The translations under genes and the position numbers were made by a program. A stretch of 63,990 bases of DNA, counting the filler, from Dirinaria sp. TL-2023a (Eukaryota), in assembly GCA_051941275.1 (NCBI GenBank). It is 7 parts of 7 records of this genome, joined end to end, with 100 filler letters (N's around TTAATTAATTAA, not from the genome) between each part and the next. Parts side by side here need not be neighbours in the genome. Positions count along the whole stretch, not along the records: positions 1 to 9,271 come from JAVEBF010001075.1; positions 9,372 to 18,607 come from JAVEBF010001076.1; 5 more parts are not named here. The stretch is one strand, 5' to 3'. Positions 1 to 12,198 of this stretch are shown here, piece by piece. The stretch's first letter is position 1. Every line of letters starts with the position of its first letter. The notes under the pieces were generated by a model. That model did not search any database, had not been told where the DNA came from, and worked only from the letters and a program-made list of their open reading frames with translations.

Positions 1-351
1 ATCTTATTAAGTTATCAACCGAAAAAAAAAATTCGAACAACCAGAAAAGTCATTGAAAAGAGCCACGAAATGCTTCTCTAAGGTACTATCAAAGTATCGC
101 ACCCTCTAACTCTTCATCATTGTTAGACAATTTCTTTATACCGTCGCATACGCAATTGTGTTACAGGCACGATATACCTATCGCATGATATATCTCACGA
201 TACGCCTGCTGCATGCCTATGTTTTTACATATCTGCGGGTCGATCGGTTTCTGATTTGATTAGCGCAACTTACTTATGAAATTCAGCGTTTAACATACAC
301 ATAAAATGTACATACACAAGGTCGTTATCTCCTAGATAGTCACTATACGAT

Positions 352-890
352 ATGGCATTCGAGCACCTTTTTCGACAATCATCCATCAACATAACCGCAT
401 GACACTCGCTATCATTTAACAATGTGGAAACCGAATTGTCGTCAACCTCCAGCGACTGATTGAAAACCTATGGCTTCAACAAACACGTGAGCAGTTTGGA
501 ATAACTCTGATTGCTTTATTCTGCCGGGAGCGACTGCTTTCACACACTGCCGACAACACCGCTCAGCCCATCACAGGTAGCTACTTGACGGACTTCGATA
601 GTATCTTGAATGGCCAAGAGATTGGCAATAAGCGGGCGGTCTTTCAAAAAATGATCTCGTCACTACGACGCGTGCTATCCGACACGAGTCAAGAAATAGT
701 TCTATTTCTTACAAACTTTCTTAGCAAAGCCCCATCGCTCCTGGAACCGCTGGATGGTAGCTTGGATCAGTATTGCGCTATGAAAATTCGTGGGCAGGAT
801 CACCAAAAAGCTTTCGAGGAAGTTCAAGGGGAAGTTTTCAAATGCATGAAAACAATGTTGCAGCGGGACCAGATTGCTGGTGCTGACTGA
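352..890 (+). pseudogene. Decayed hypothetical accessory gene (two apparent exons)
   Basis: ATG at 352 reads MAFEHLFRQSSINITA*HSLSFNNVETELSSTSSD*LKTYGFNKH with two in-frame TGA, then a GTGAGC donor-like site; ORF 585-890 follows. Splice phase not resolved. Confidence 0.4.
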
Positions 891-1226
891 ATAGTGATTG
901 TGGGACTAAATATTGGTGGATAGTGTCGTTTCTTTGTCGCTATTTAAAATTTGTCACCATGCATCAGTTCACGCCATCGAGTAGATAAACGTCTACATCA
1001 GTCATCACAAATTTCAGTTTTCAACAGATTACGAGCCCGGGTTTCGCGCTATATACTCGGAGGATGGCACTCCCTCATATATAGCAGATGCTAGCATGTT
1101 ATAACGATGTTCTACGTTGGCCAGTCACGGTCGCAAAAAAGCGAGTTGTTCGGAAGCCTTGCGTTGGGCAAGCCCACAAGTTACGTCTTTTAGGCCAGGA
1201 AGGTCTCTTGTTAGGTCAGGATGACC

Positions 1227-1717
1227 TGTTATTGGGTCAGGAAGACTTCGTTTCATCGGACTAGGCTACGATTAAGACCTGTCAACGTCAACGCCCACGG
1301 TACTCTTCCCGATGGAATTCCCCGGAAGAGCGAGGTTTGCGGGTTTAAGAAGGCTATAAGAGAAGGACATATACACTATGAGGAAGAAGTAGGTTTTGCA
1401 GGAAGCAGTGTCAGTTGAGAAGGTTTACCTTACACAACAAGGACGACGATATGGGTCAAGCGGGCATTCAGTATGGCGACGAGGTATCGCTGAGTATCGC
1501 TCAAGAGGTTGTGTTGGAAATTCGCTTATACCTAGCGTCTTGGCATGATCATGTGTATTTAAGGGCCCAAATCCTTCTAGCATTCCTAGGTGTAGATGTA
1601 GAAGTCATAATGTAGTGGCCAGAAAGTACGATATGATGCTGAATGTGGCGGCTCCGGCGCTAAGGGGTAGCTAGGTGGCTAGGTACCGATAGAGATGGCT
1701 GGTGCTCGGACATAACA
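1227..1717. mobile_element. Possible solo-LTR relic
   Basis: Bounded by inverted termini TGTTAT...ATAACA with no convincing coding content; no matching target-site duplication. Confidence 0.3.
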
Positions 1718-1773
1718 GATAGGACGGCGTTACTCTTATCATTCTCGGAAACGAACCTGTTGATATCTTTGTA

Positions 1774-3490
1774 ATGAGCTATTCCAGACAATTTGATACT
1801 ACGTATATACTAGGCAGAGAAGTATCGGGTTGCAAGCTTCTCTTCGAATAACGCATAGATCAACAGCACTTCCAAATCATGAAATATGCGGTAGATCAAA
1901 GCAATCCTGATCCCGCTCTCCAATTTCTAACTAGGGAACAGACCGCTTTGAGAATTCTCGAAATACGGCGCCGAGGATGCAGATCTGCACTCGAATCTTT
2001 GTACGCGTCGTCTGAAACGCCGGAGCAGCCGTGCATATCGAGCGTTGGTGGTAAATCTGGTGTTCGAGGCAGACCAAGCTTGTTCGAAATGCTAAGGTGG
2101 TTACAGCAGCTTGGTCATACTGTAACGATGTACTGCAATGCATCACTCGAACATAAACTAACTGATCAGTAGACTGCTGATATTAATCGTCTCAACATCA
2201 TACACATAGCGGGGACCAAAGGAAAGGGCGGTACTTGTGCATATATCGAATGTCTCTTGAGAACACATGAACAAAGAATCGGTTTTTCGACGAAAACTGA
2301 GCTTTACACTTTCTCGCATCTCATCGATATCGAGAAAAGAATTCGAATAAACTTTCGACCTTTGGAAAAGGAGGTTTTTGCAAGATACGTGCTGGAAACT
2401 CATGAAGTCTTGCAATCCTTTTTCAGAGATTCTCAGAACGCACCTCGCTATCTTCAATTTCTTGCATTGGTGTCGTTTCACGCATTTATTAAAGAAGGAG
2501 TAGACGTGGCGATATATGAAACTCATCAAGATGATGAATTTGATGCAACGAACGTCACACCGAAGTTCGTTGTGACAGCGATCACCTCAATTGACGAAGA
2601 TCATATGCATCAACTCGATTCATCTCTCGAAAACGTTGCTTGGCATAAGACAGGAATCTTCAAAACTGGTTCTCCTGCGTTCTCAGCCCCGCAGCAGAGT
2701 GCAGTAGCTGCGGTGCTTCAAAGTCGAGCAGTTGAAAGAGGAGTATCGCTAGAATTCGTCGAGGTGTGCAAAGATCTCATAGTTGACGCTTCACAATTGA
2801 AGCCGGAGACTAGACAACTGAATTTTTCCTTGACTCGTGCCGTCAGCAACAGTTTTTTGCGACAGAGAGCGGCACAAGACAATGCTGTGCTTTCATTGCA
2901 CGACATAGTTCGGGGAGCACAAACAGCTTCTTGGTCAGAACGTTTTCAATCAATTTTGAATGATAATCTCACGTGGTTGCTGAACGGAGCACATAACAGA
3001 ATCAGTCTCGAAGTATGTGCACAATGATTCGCTCAATCCTGTCTTGAAACGAAGCAGAATTCAAAAGACTCGCAAGTCTGTCAAGTTCTCATTTTCAGTC
3101 ACTATTTCAGTCATCGAGATCAAGTCGCACTTCTAGAGTGCCTAGCTTGTGCTCTTCTAAAACACCGCGTATCAATTCAACACGCTATTTTTACGATAGA
3201 TCAATACACGGGAAATGCAAGCAACGGTTCGCGACTTTCACTATCGAGAGAAACAATACTAATAAGTTATAGATGCGCAGTTTCACCTTCTTGAACAGTA
3301 CAAGAAACCGTGGGAGAAGATCTATCCCAGATCCAGAGTATATAATATACGCAGTGTTGAGACCGCTTTGACCCTGGCAAAAGAGATTGGAATCAAGGAA
3401 GGTATCACGCATGTTTTGATAACTAAAAGTTTACACGTGATTGGTGAGGCTCTTCGCATTCTAACTTCTTCAGTGCAGAACGACCCCTGA
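1774..3490 (+). pseudogene. Folylpolyglutamate synthase (FPGS/FolC family) paralog, hypermutated
   Basis: P-loop HIAGTKGKGGTC near 2203; degenerate FPGS motifs ELYTFSHL (GLYTSPHL), VDVAIYETHQDDEFDATNV (..GGEYDATN), LNGAHN (LDGAH), HVLITKSLHVIG (LVTGSLHLVG); premature TGA at 3025; terminal TGA at 3488-3490; introns present; start approximate. Confidence 0.85.
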
Positions 3491-4080
3491 GTCACGATGA
3501 GAAAGGATGAATTTGGGAATTTATAAAGGACTAAATTTCGGGATTGCGTATCGAAGCTGCGATGATCCATATAGTCCAAGCTACTGTACTTTAAAAACGA
3601 CTAACTCAACGATAGCTCGGATGATTAGTAAACTCTCGGCCCTCAACGTTTTCCTCGTGACCCTCGCACTAGTCCTAGCTCAGTAAAGCGGACCCCATCT
3701 CAATGTTCTCTAGAACCACACGACGTTTAGCCCATATCTGTAGACGGTTCAGATTCGCTTTTCATCTCAGCACCGGCGTCCGTTGTCAATCTGTTATCGA
3801 CATCAATGTTCAGGACATTCATGAAGCCTTGTTAATCACGTCGGAAGAATTACATTGCTCTGCGACTTCTCATCGACACAATTTACACATACGCCTCTCA
3901 TCACCGCAGCTGCCTAGAAGACCCTCCTCGTCGGTATTCTGCGCACAGCAGCATCGACGAGACCTTGGTCTGAACTCGACCGTATAGAGTGGCGGAGCAC
4001 AAAATTTAAAGACTTGAGACTCATGTCTCAAGAGAGCCAAATTACATCAGTTGATGACATTGCACATGATGATCAAAAGC

Positions 4081-5332
4081 TCAAGAAGAAAGCCACACAA
4101 TTAGTAGAATCTTAAGACTTGCAGCGATCCTTCGTTCGCTAATACAGTGTAGTCTGGCGAAGATGTCGTCCGAGATCTCACGGAGACGAGTGGAAAAGAT
4201 TTTGAAACGATAAATTCTACAGTTTGTGTTATGCTTGTAAAGAAACATGGCATCAGAGAAGTCGTCAGAATTTTCAGCGATCCTGTAACGAATGTAGTAA
4301 CAGGTCCGACACAAAGAACTGAATTCGTTATTGTCGTTAAAAAGTCTGATGAGAATTGCAGATTGCTTGGGAACCCTTCACTTCGATATTTCCGACGCAG
4401 ACCTTGAGTCGATAACATATTTGACCAAGACCTCGCCCAATCCAAGAGAACTCGATTTTCCTCTTCAGTCTCAAAGACGACTCCAATTTAATATAGATGA
4501 ATGGAGATGATATCTCAGAAAATGAACAGGTCATCTGCAAGGTTGGACAGCTGACTTCGTATTGATGGAGAAAATTGAGAAGATCTGTGATCTTGAGGTC
4601 TAACTCAAAACTGTCTCTTTGCGATAAAGCTTGCTCTGCTTCAGAGTCATACTTATTCAGGGGTTGATATGTGATCTGAGTAGAGAACTTCGCCTTGTGT
4701 GAAGATTCTTCTTGATATCCTTGAGCAAGTCCCAATAAATTGTTCTCAGACAGACCCGTATGCTTGCTTTGCAGTGAATGCTGTTCTAAAGTGACTCCGT
4801 AATCAGGGTTGTTGAGGACGAAGAAGCTTGATATACCAGCATCAACAGCAATCTCGAAACGCTGGCGTTTCCGATTCGAATTGCTCTCAGACAGACCCGC
4901 ATGCTTCCTTTACGATGAATGACGTTTTCGATTCGAAGTCATCAAAGAACTGATTGAATTGACCTTGCAAAGTTCTCTGCTTGTTTCCGTCAAGCCTGCT
5001 GAATGCGAGGTCGTTTTCCACCATTTTCTGAGTTTCGGAATGAGGGATTTTGACGATACGCTGCTCAATTTCGAGATGGATGTACACAAAGTGCACAACA
5101 GAAATATCTCTTGCTCTACACCAAAGAAGACGTCGCTTAAGAGTGTACGTGCTCGATCTCTTGCGAAGCGGCGTGTTCTCGATAGTTCTACTGTGTACGT
5201 CTCCTTTTTCTCGAATAACTCGCAGCACAACTCAAATGAATCCTTCTAGTGTTTGAGCAACGGATAAGCGTGATCATCGAAACTTACTCTCACGGGTTTC
5301 AGCAGCTCAATGAATCATCCAATCCATGGCAT
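4081..5332 (-). pseudogene. Decayed multi-exon hypothetical gene
   Basis: ATG at 5332 (MPWIG*FIELLKPVR) splices in frame via GTAAGT..TAG to KDSFELCCELF...RARTLLSDVFFGVEQEIFLLCTLC; further broken frames at 4337-4735 and 4081-4314; 3' end uncertain. Confidence 0.45.
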
Positions 5333-5375
5333 GATGAAAGAGTCAGTGAAAAGCTATGAATGATCTTTGAAAAAG

Positions 5376-5426
5376 AGCGAGTCAGAGCGAGTCAGAGCGG
5401 GACAGAGCGGGACAGCAGAGACAGAA
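5376..5426. repeat. Short 10-bp tandem repeat (GAGCGAGTCA/GAGCGGGACA)
   Basis: Four near-identical 10-mers read directly from the sequence. Confidence 0.7.
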
Positions 5427-6164
5427 CAGTGTGTCGAGCCAATGATATGTATTTAAGAGTGACAAAAATGTATCCTATTGCATTAGAGATGTAGGAGTGT
5501 GGGACTAATGTACGCCATCGAGTCAAAGTCGGATGATGAAGAATTCTGACTAAGCGAGTTGCAGCGATACCGCGAATACTGATCGTATTCAGAAGTCAAG
5601 AACATTATGCAAAGATATCGTCGTGGAGTTCAGTTATATTCTTTCTTCGATTCGTCGTGTCATATCACATCATCTGTCAATCATCCACCTCACGCTCGAT
5701 TAATTTCTCAAGATGTGGTTTCCCGTAGAACTTTCGAATGCTCGAATGTTGACCGTACTCTTCAGAAGATGGGAATTGAGATTTGCATGTGCTTGATTGA
5801 CATGAGTTGACTCCATAGGTCGCTTGATTACAAGTTGAATATTCGATGTCAATATGCCCGCAACTTTACTTAACACCTATCTGGTTCTCTCTGCCTTCTC
5901 TCGTCCTCCTAGCACTCGGATACCCTAGACAATCTCAAGGAGAGTAGATGTGATATGATGAACCACACTTAAGAGAAAATAATTCATCTAAGGGAAAGCC
6001 TATTCTGTCCCATTTCAAAAATCGGCATCACTCCCAGATCCCAGCTCAGGTTCAGCCAGAGCTCTGCTCACTTAGAATATCGTAATTAGCCCCGAACTAT
6101 TATTGATATATCATGTTTCAGTTGCCAGTTTGACTTACCGCAATAGTCATTTCAACAGACTTAT

Positions 6165-6392
6165 CTATTGGGAGCTCTGAGAGCTCGGAGAAGTTTTGCC
6201 CGAGCAAGCTGAACACAAACCAGGCAGATTTTGATCTCGTGCATCAAGAGCCCGTGGCACATCTCGAATTGACCCACTCGCAGAGAGACAGAGTTTCCGA
6301 TCAGAACGTGCAGAAGCTGTTGCACATCTAGAATAATCGTAGACAAATATATGGTTACACTGTGCGTAGTGATGAGAGTTTTGCTCGCACAT
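6165..6392 (-). CDS. Small Cys/His-rich protein (75 aa)
   Basis: ATG start; pattern MC..Y..C.H....C....C...CxxC typical of small fungal zinc-binding-like proteins. Confidence 0.45.
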   Translation of the reverse strand: MCEQNSHHYAQCNHIFVYDYSRCATASARSDRKLCLSASGSIRDVPRALDARDQNLPGLCSACSGKTSPSSQSSQ

Positions 6393-7203
6393 TTTCTAAA
6401 GATTTTTAGCAACCCGAACGCAGGTAAGAGGGTAGATGTGTCTTAAGATACGACGGAGCGTCTCTTCTTCAAATTCAATTGAGGGTAGAAAAACTCGAGA
6501 CGAAAAGGTCCGAGATAGCGCGATGTCTTGAGACATTGTAGATTTAGAGACCCGCTCTTCGTACCCGTGGGTTTGCTTACGTACTCGCCAAGCCGGAAAT
6601 TTGTTAGGGCTGTTGCAGGGTTATTAGTAAGCACCCACAAATGGAAAATTTCCAATATCCACATACCTTATATTCTGCGTCTACTACTACATTGCTTCAT
6701 CCTCATGAAACGATCGCCTGCTTCGTTTATTGCCGAGAACAATCTTCTGTCTTCATCAATCATTGTGATTAGGGTTAGAGTTACACCTAAGATGATGATG
6801 ATGTGGGAAATGCTGATGTGAGTAACCTTGGCGAGCCTCGAACTCTGCGACAACTCTAAAAGTTTTTCCGGCTTGGTGTTATGGACCAAATGGTGGGCCA
6901 AATCTAATGATATTACCTATAAGGTAGATAGTCAAAATAGCTAATAATAATGGAGATGCCCTGGGAAATCTGGGTGCAATCGCCTGCTAAATAGACCATA
7001 CCTGCCCCAGGGGTTTGCGCCATAGGCCCGGAAGCATCTGAAACCGGCATTGGTGCGGAAATGCGCCAAGTGCATGGTGCAAAGCCATAGAAGTAAAAGA
7101 TAAAAGCTAGTACTAAAATGCTAGTCCCAGAAGCACAGGAAGAAGCATGTGAAAATCCATAACATATACTCTCATAACACATCGTTTATATAGTACTGAT
7201 AGT

Positions 7204-7490
7204 TGTTAGGGCCTGCACAGTGCTCAATGGCATATGGGTACAAATAGACTAGGACACTAACTATGAAGAAGAAAAGGAAAGGAAATCTATCTACAGAAAA
7301 ACTCAAATAGGGGCCCGGAGCAATATCAGTCCGGGGACGCTAGACCTGATAAGGCAAAACCAAACCACCTCTAACAAAACACCTGGTATAGGCCAAACCA
7401 CATACCAAGGACCTTTCTTCAGGGTTCAGGGAGTCATGTGATCTGATCATGTGACCTGATCTAACGTGCTCCAGGTCTAGATTCATGACA
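7204..7490 (-). repeat. 3' LTR of the Gypsy element (287 bp)
   Basis: Termini TGTTAG...ATGACA; begins 3 nt after the polypurine tract on the minus strand; candidate TSD ATAGT at 7199-7203. Confidence 0.75.
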
Positions 7491-8972
7491 TTACCCCCCC
7501 CTCCAATAAGTAACGTCCCTGTTGCGGTTAAAATAAGATTACTCCGAAGTATTTTCTAGCCAATCAGAATTTTTTTAGAACCATTTACTGTAATCGAGAA
7601 ATCAGTACGTGATCTCAATGATGTTGATTGAGCTTCATGTTGCAATGAGGGCTTGACCGTGTGATGATTTTATGATGCTTCTTGGTGAAAATCCCCGCGA
7701 AATTGACCAGGCTTCACCCAAGTTTTTTAGTCATTATGCTTGTCTTGAGCTCTTGCGTTTGTTGACTTTGTTGTCGGTGTTTAGAGCCTTGTTATTTGCG
7801 CCGTCAGGCTTGTCAGGATATCGTGTGTGGAAGTCGTTAGTTATATTCTTTGTATGCTCAAACTCACTCTCATCAGTATGGTACCAAGTTCTATCGCGGT
7901 GCTTTCAATCAACTCATTGACACTGGTATTATAAGCGCTCATGATGCCATCTCGAGTTGACAACATCTGCAAGCTCCTATTCATCGCCTTCATCGGTTAC
8001 TATCTTGTCAGGAGGTTCTTGTATCTGACCTGATAAGAGGTCATCAGGATCTTTGCGAAGCAGGTTAGAATAGAATATATTATGTATTCTTATTGTGTCA
8101 GGTAGTTTTAGCTCATAGACAATACCATAACGTTTGACTATCGGGAAGGGTCCTAACATCTTGTCTTCTAGCTTCTTTGATGATCTATCGGTGTTAATGT
8201 TCTTACTGAATAGAAATACCTGATCGCCGACTTCATAGAAAATTTCTTTGCGGTGTTTATCAGCTTGATCCTTTATTGCTTGCTGAGAATTCTGCGCCGC
8301 GGAGCGCATAAATTCTAGAACATTTTGCATGTTATCAGCGATACTTTCAGTCTTTGCTGCCTGCATGCGATCGCGGGCAGTAGCATATTTGATATCGTTC
8401 GATGAAAAGATCATGCGCGGATGATATCCTTTGTTTGCAAAGAAGAGAGTCATATCTGTTGCTGTAGAAACGGCATTATTGTCTGCAAACTCCGCAATAG
8501 GTAGTAAATCAACTCAGTCGTCTTACATGTGATTGCAATATAGACGAAGCTGCTTTTTCACATCTTGATTTGCGCGTTTCGTTTGGTCATCAGTTTCAGG
8601 GAGAAAGGTAGTTGACAACTTGCATTTAATGCCTAGACGTTTACATAGTGACTTTCAAACGATAGTCACGAATTGAGATTCTCGATCTGATATTATTGAG
8701 TTTGAAAGACCGTGGGTGCGAAATACTCATTGAAGCAGTATCTCCGCTGTTGTCTCTGCAGTAGTGCCTTTCTTCAACGCCGTGCAAGATATATAATGTC
8801 TCTTCTTGATTAATTTATCGATGATGATGCAGATTGCATTTTTTTCTCTTGACATAGGAAGCTCGATAATGAAATTCATAGAGATATCTTGTTATCGTTG
8901 TTACGATACTGAGGCAGATACTAGTAAGTCATTATACTTATCCAAAGACGCTTTTAATCTTAGGCAATCATA
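7204..8972 (-). mobile_element. Ty3/Gypsy chromovirus LTR retrotransposon, 3' part (integrase, chromodomain, PPT, 3' LTR), inactivated
   Basis: Integrase core with stops (about 8454-8970), C-terminal KLEDKMLGPFPIV..YELKLP motif (ORF 7977-8453), degenerate chromodomain below 7977, polypurine tract GGAGGGGGGGG (minus strand) next to the LTR. Confidence 0.9.
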
Positions 8973-9271
8973 TATAAGGTCGTATGCGCCGGTTACCCGC
9001 CAGCGCAGTACTTGTGTGAAAGACGTGGCAGTGTAATAGATTATATGGCTACCTGATACTGTAGTTCCTGCTAGAACTAATCACTAAGGACTCCCCCCGA
9101 AAGGGTGAGTGATCCTCTATACTTAACCGCGAGCGTTAACATTGCCTCACCGTGACGAGCTCCGCGCTGACGGGTCACGAGCGCTCGTAGGCACAATGCC
9201 CTATAAGCGTCAATCGCTCACTGGCTCCTAGTTAGCCTCGGGATTCAACCTTCCGACGCTGGCTCCTAGAC
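8973..9271. mobile_element. Second element (probable LTR) inserted into the Gypsy integrase; truncated by contig end
   Basis: Integrase frame stops abruptly at the zinc-finger (YDCLRLK); the new sequence starts TATAAGG, consistent with a RIP-altered TGTAAGG LTR end. Confidence 0.5.
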
Positions 9272-9371
9272 NNNNNNNNNNNNNNNNNNNNNNNNNNNNN
9301 NNNNNNNNNNNNNNNTTAATTAATTAANNNNNNNNNNNNNNNNNNNNNNNNNNNNNNNNNNNNNNNNNNNN
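9272..9371. other. Artificial contig spacer (44 N + TTAATTAATTAA + 44 N)
   Basis: Identical 100-nt linker with stops in all six frames, six times in the window. Confidence 0.99.
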
Positions 9372-9489
9372 CCTTCACGCGGTCCTAAATCGTCATCTTC
9401 AGAAAAGATATCTTACCTTGCCTCACGAAGTATGTCTAGTCGATCAGGCGAGAATATAAAGCTTGCCCGATTAATCAAATCTAATATTT

Positions 9490-9557
9490 AGAAGAAGAAG
9501 AAGAAGAAGAACACAATGAAAGAAGAAAAAAAAAAAAAAAAAAAAGAAAAGAAAAAA
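9490..9557. repeat. (GAA)n microsatellite and poly-A tract
   Basis: Read directly from the sequence. Confidence 0.85.
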
Positions 9558-11000
9558 GGTAATCCACTCGCCAGAACCACACTACCTCTAAAACAATATT
9601 ACGCCCATACGTATCCCCCCTACCTCCCCCTCTTCCACTCTTTTGGATTATTTTTTTCTATTTTTTGTCTTCGTGCGTGGGCGATCGGATCGCCAACTCG
9701 GACGTAGTTTCCCGATGCCAATCCTTCTCTTTTTCTAACAACTTTCTTCTTTCTTTTAGTACCAAAACATCACCCAGAACACCCACTCAAGAAGCCCCAT
9801 CGAAACACCAAAACATACCGAGCTGATTCCGAAGCGTTCGCGCACATAGTTCGAGATAGTCATAGCTATGATTATGACCTTATCCGCAATGATGTTAAAC
9901 GACGATTTATCCTGCATTCAATTTTATTAATACTATGTTAAGCCACTTTAGCGTGTACAAATCAGCAAAAACTTACGATAAGTTCACTTTTGCATATATC
10001 AAAAATCTCACTTCATCCTATAATCCAGCAGCAATCTTTCCGTCAGCCTTTAACGTATTTTGCCAGAAAAACAAGCTGAAATTAAATTACCCTCGATTAT
10101 TATCAAACACATCAGCTATGACGGAGTTTCGACGCGTTCACAGAAACAAATAAATTATAGATGAGATTCAGATCACGCTTACTTTCATCTTGAACTTCCA
10201 ATCTTCTCGTCTGTAATTTTTTTTTCTTCTTTCACCGTACGTTCTCAATTTTCAATCGTCGCCATTCAATCACAGCATTCGCGAGCATGAAGCAGAAATC
10301 TAGCATAGCTTAAAGCGATAATCTACGCGAACGATTCACGTCGCGTTAGCATATTCAATTTCATTCCATCGTACGAAAGAAAATTCTCGTTGAAGTTGAT
10401 TTTAGCGTCAAATACAGCACCGCTCTTGAGATAATAGCTGCTTTGACTAAATAAAATAAGATAATAGCAATAGAGAACACTCAAGAAAAATACCGGAGAC
10501 GGATATAAGTCAGAGCTAGCCAACCCAACACATGGCTGACAAAGAGCATCATCTCGATGACGAAAAAAGATCAAACTCGTCAGCGCTACCCCGCTGGCAA
10601 AGAAGGTCAGCTTCGTCATACTATCCGACGAGAACCTACCAGAATTGTCAATCTTCAAAACTCAAAAACCGCAGCGACATCTGATTCATTATAAAGGAAA
10701 TGCATGTAATCTGTCAAGGAGCCAGAGATGATGCACAAGAGAAACAAGATCAAATCTGTTGATCATTTTCAATGCTGCGAAGAAAAATTTCAAACTAACC
10801 CAAGGGCAGTGCTGATGATCGAACATCTCAGAGACAGATATGCTGATGAAAGAATGATGATGAAACGCGGGTATGAATGATATGATCTGCTTTGAACGGA
10901 TAAGAATCTGCAGGAGACGATTAAGCCTGCGGATTAATTGATAGATCAAGAAGAAGAAGAGGATGACGAGGACGTCGTATTTTTTTTTTTTTTTCCCTCC

Positions 11001-11354
11001 TGTTGAGCGGCCTCAGACTCTGGGGTGCGGCTTGGGCAGCCACTTAGGTCAGAGTAGGAAGCAGGTAGTACTTAGGGGACGATTATTCTCCTGCCAAATG
11101 CAAAGCATCTTTCTTCCAACTCATTATTTTTCCTACCAATTGGTAGCAAATAGGTTCGCGCGGATACGATTGAGGTTGACATGCGGCGGAAAGGGTGATT
11201 AGAGTTAGAACTAAATGAAATTCCTTTGTATTTCTGAAACTGGGGGATGTTTTGAGATTTTGGATGGAGGTAGTGTAAGGAGATGATAAGATAAATAGTA
11301 GTCGTAATAATAGTGAATCTTTTCAAAAGATAGGGAACGAGGTGCAGATCAACA
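11001..11354. mobile_element. Possible solo-LTR relic
   Basis: Perfect 6-bp inverted termini TGTTGA...TCAACA in an AT-rich degenerate region; no TSD. Confidence 0.3.
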
Positions 11355-11754
11355 AGGGTTAATTATAATTGCGGAAAACAATAACAGAGTTTTATTATTA
11401 TATAAAAAGGTAAGGTACCTTGGCACTCGTCTTACGCAGCGATAGTTTTTCTATATCTACTTTATATTGGTAGGTAGAGGACCCAAGCATGCGCACGGGG
11501 TAGTATTGAAAAGGAAGATTCGGGCGAAGATTTTTCTTTCAGACAGAATATTGTTTTCCATGGAATAAAGGAGTATGAACTGATGTGGCTGAATTGCAAA
11601 ATGATAGAATTCATCATATTTTCTCCAAAAAAATAAAAATAGAACAATTGACCCATTATCAGCAGACGAATCGAATCCGGAGGATGAACTAACTATACAA
11701 CCCCTCAAACGTCGTAAACTTCGTTCCTGGTGCATAATTGGCGGCTCATTTGCA

Positions 11755-12198
11755 TTAAATGCAAAGCCCGGAATTGCCCTGGTACGAGCACGCTAGAAAG
11801 CTCACTGGATCAAGCATATTCATACAAATCATGGGAGTTTCGTGTGTATCCGAGATTTATATAAGGTAGATATCGCCGTTGAACTTTTGACCGATGCCGT
11901 TGATACATTAAGCGCACTCTGTGCCCTCCGGGTTGATGTCCTGCGTGTTCATTTGGGTGCAAGCTTCATGAACAACGGCTACAGATTACACATGATGAAT
12001 TCGTTCCAACTCAGACTCGATCAGGGGTATTATGCCACGCTGCGTGCTACTAGCATGGAGGAGAAAGGGCAGCTTATAGCCTCTGATAGTGTCGTATGTA
12101 TTGTTCGCAACCCATTCTCCGTCTTCTGCCTGTGTCCAAGCGTGGCAGCTGGAGGCAAGGAAGAGCACGGCAGGAACGAGGATAGAAGGGAAAAGCAC
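11755..12198 (-). pseudogene. Small secreted cysteine-containing protein pseudogene (3 exons)
   Basis: Signal-peptide-like (V)LFPSILVPAVLFLASSCHA, then WTQAEDGEWVANNTYDTIRG / VVHEACTQMNTQDINPEGTECA*CINGIGQKFNG / CSYQGNSGLCI*; start codon reads GTG, first donor reads ATAAGC, internal TAA. Confidence 0.65.

Noticed and set aside
9700..10980. AT-rich stretch with fragmentary coding-like sequence as a named transposon
   Set aside because: Probably repeat-derived, but I found no transposase, RT or terminal signature.
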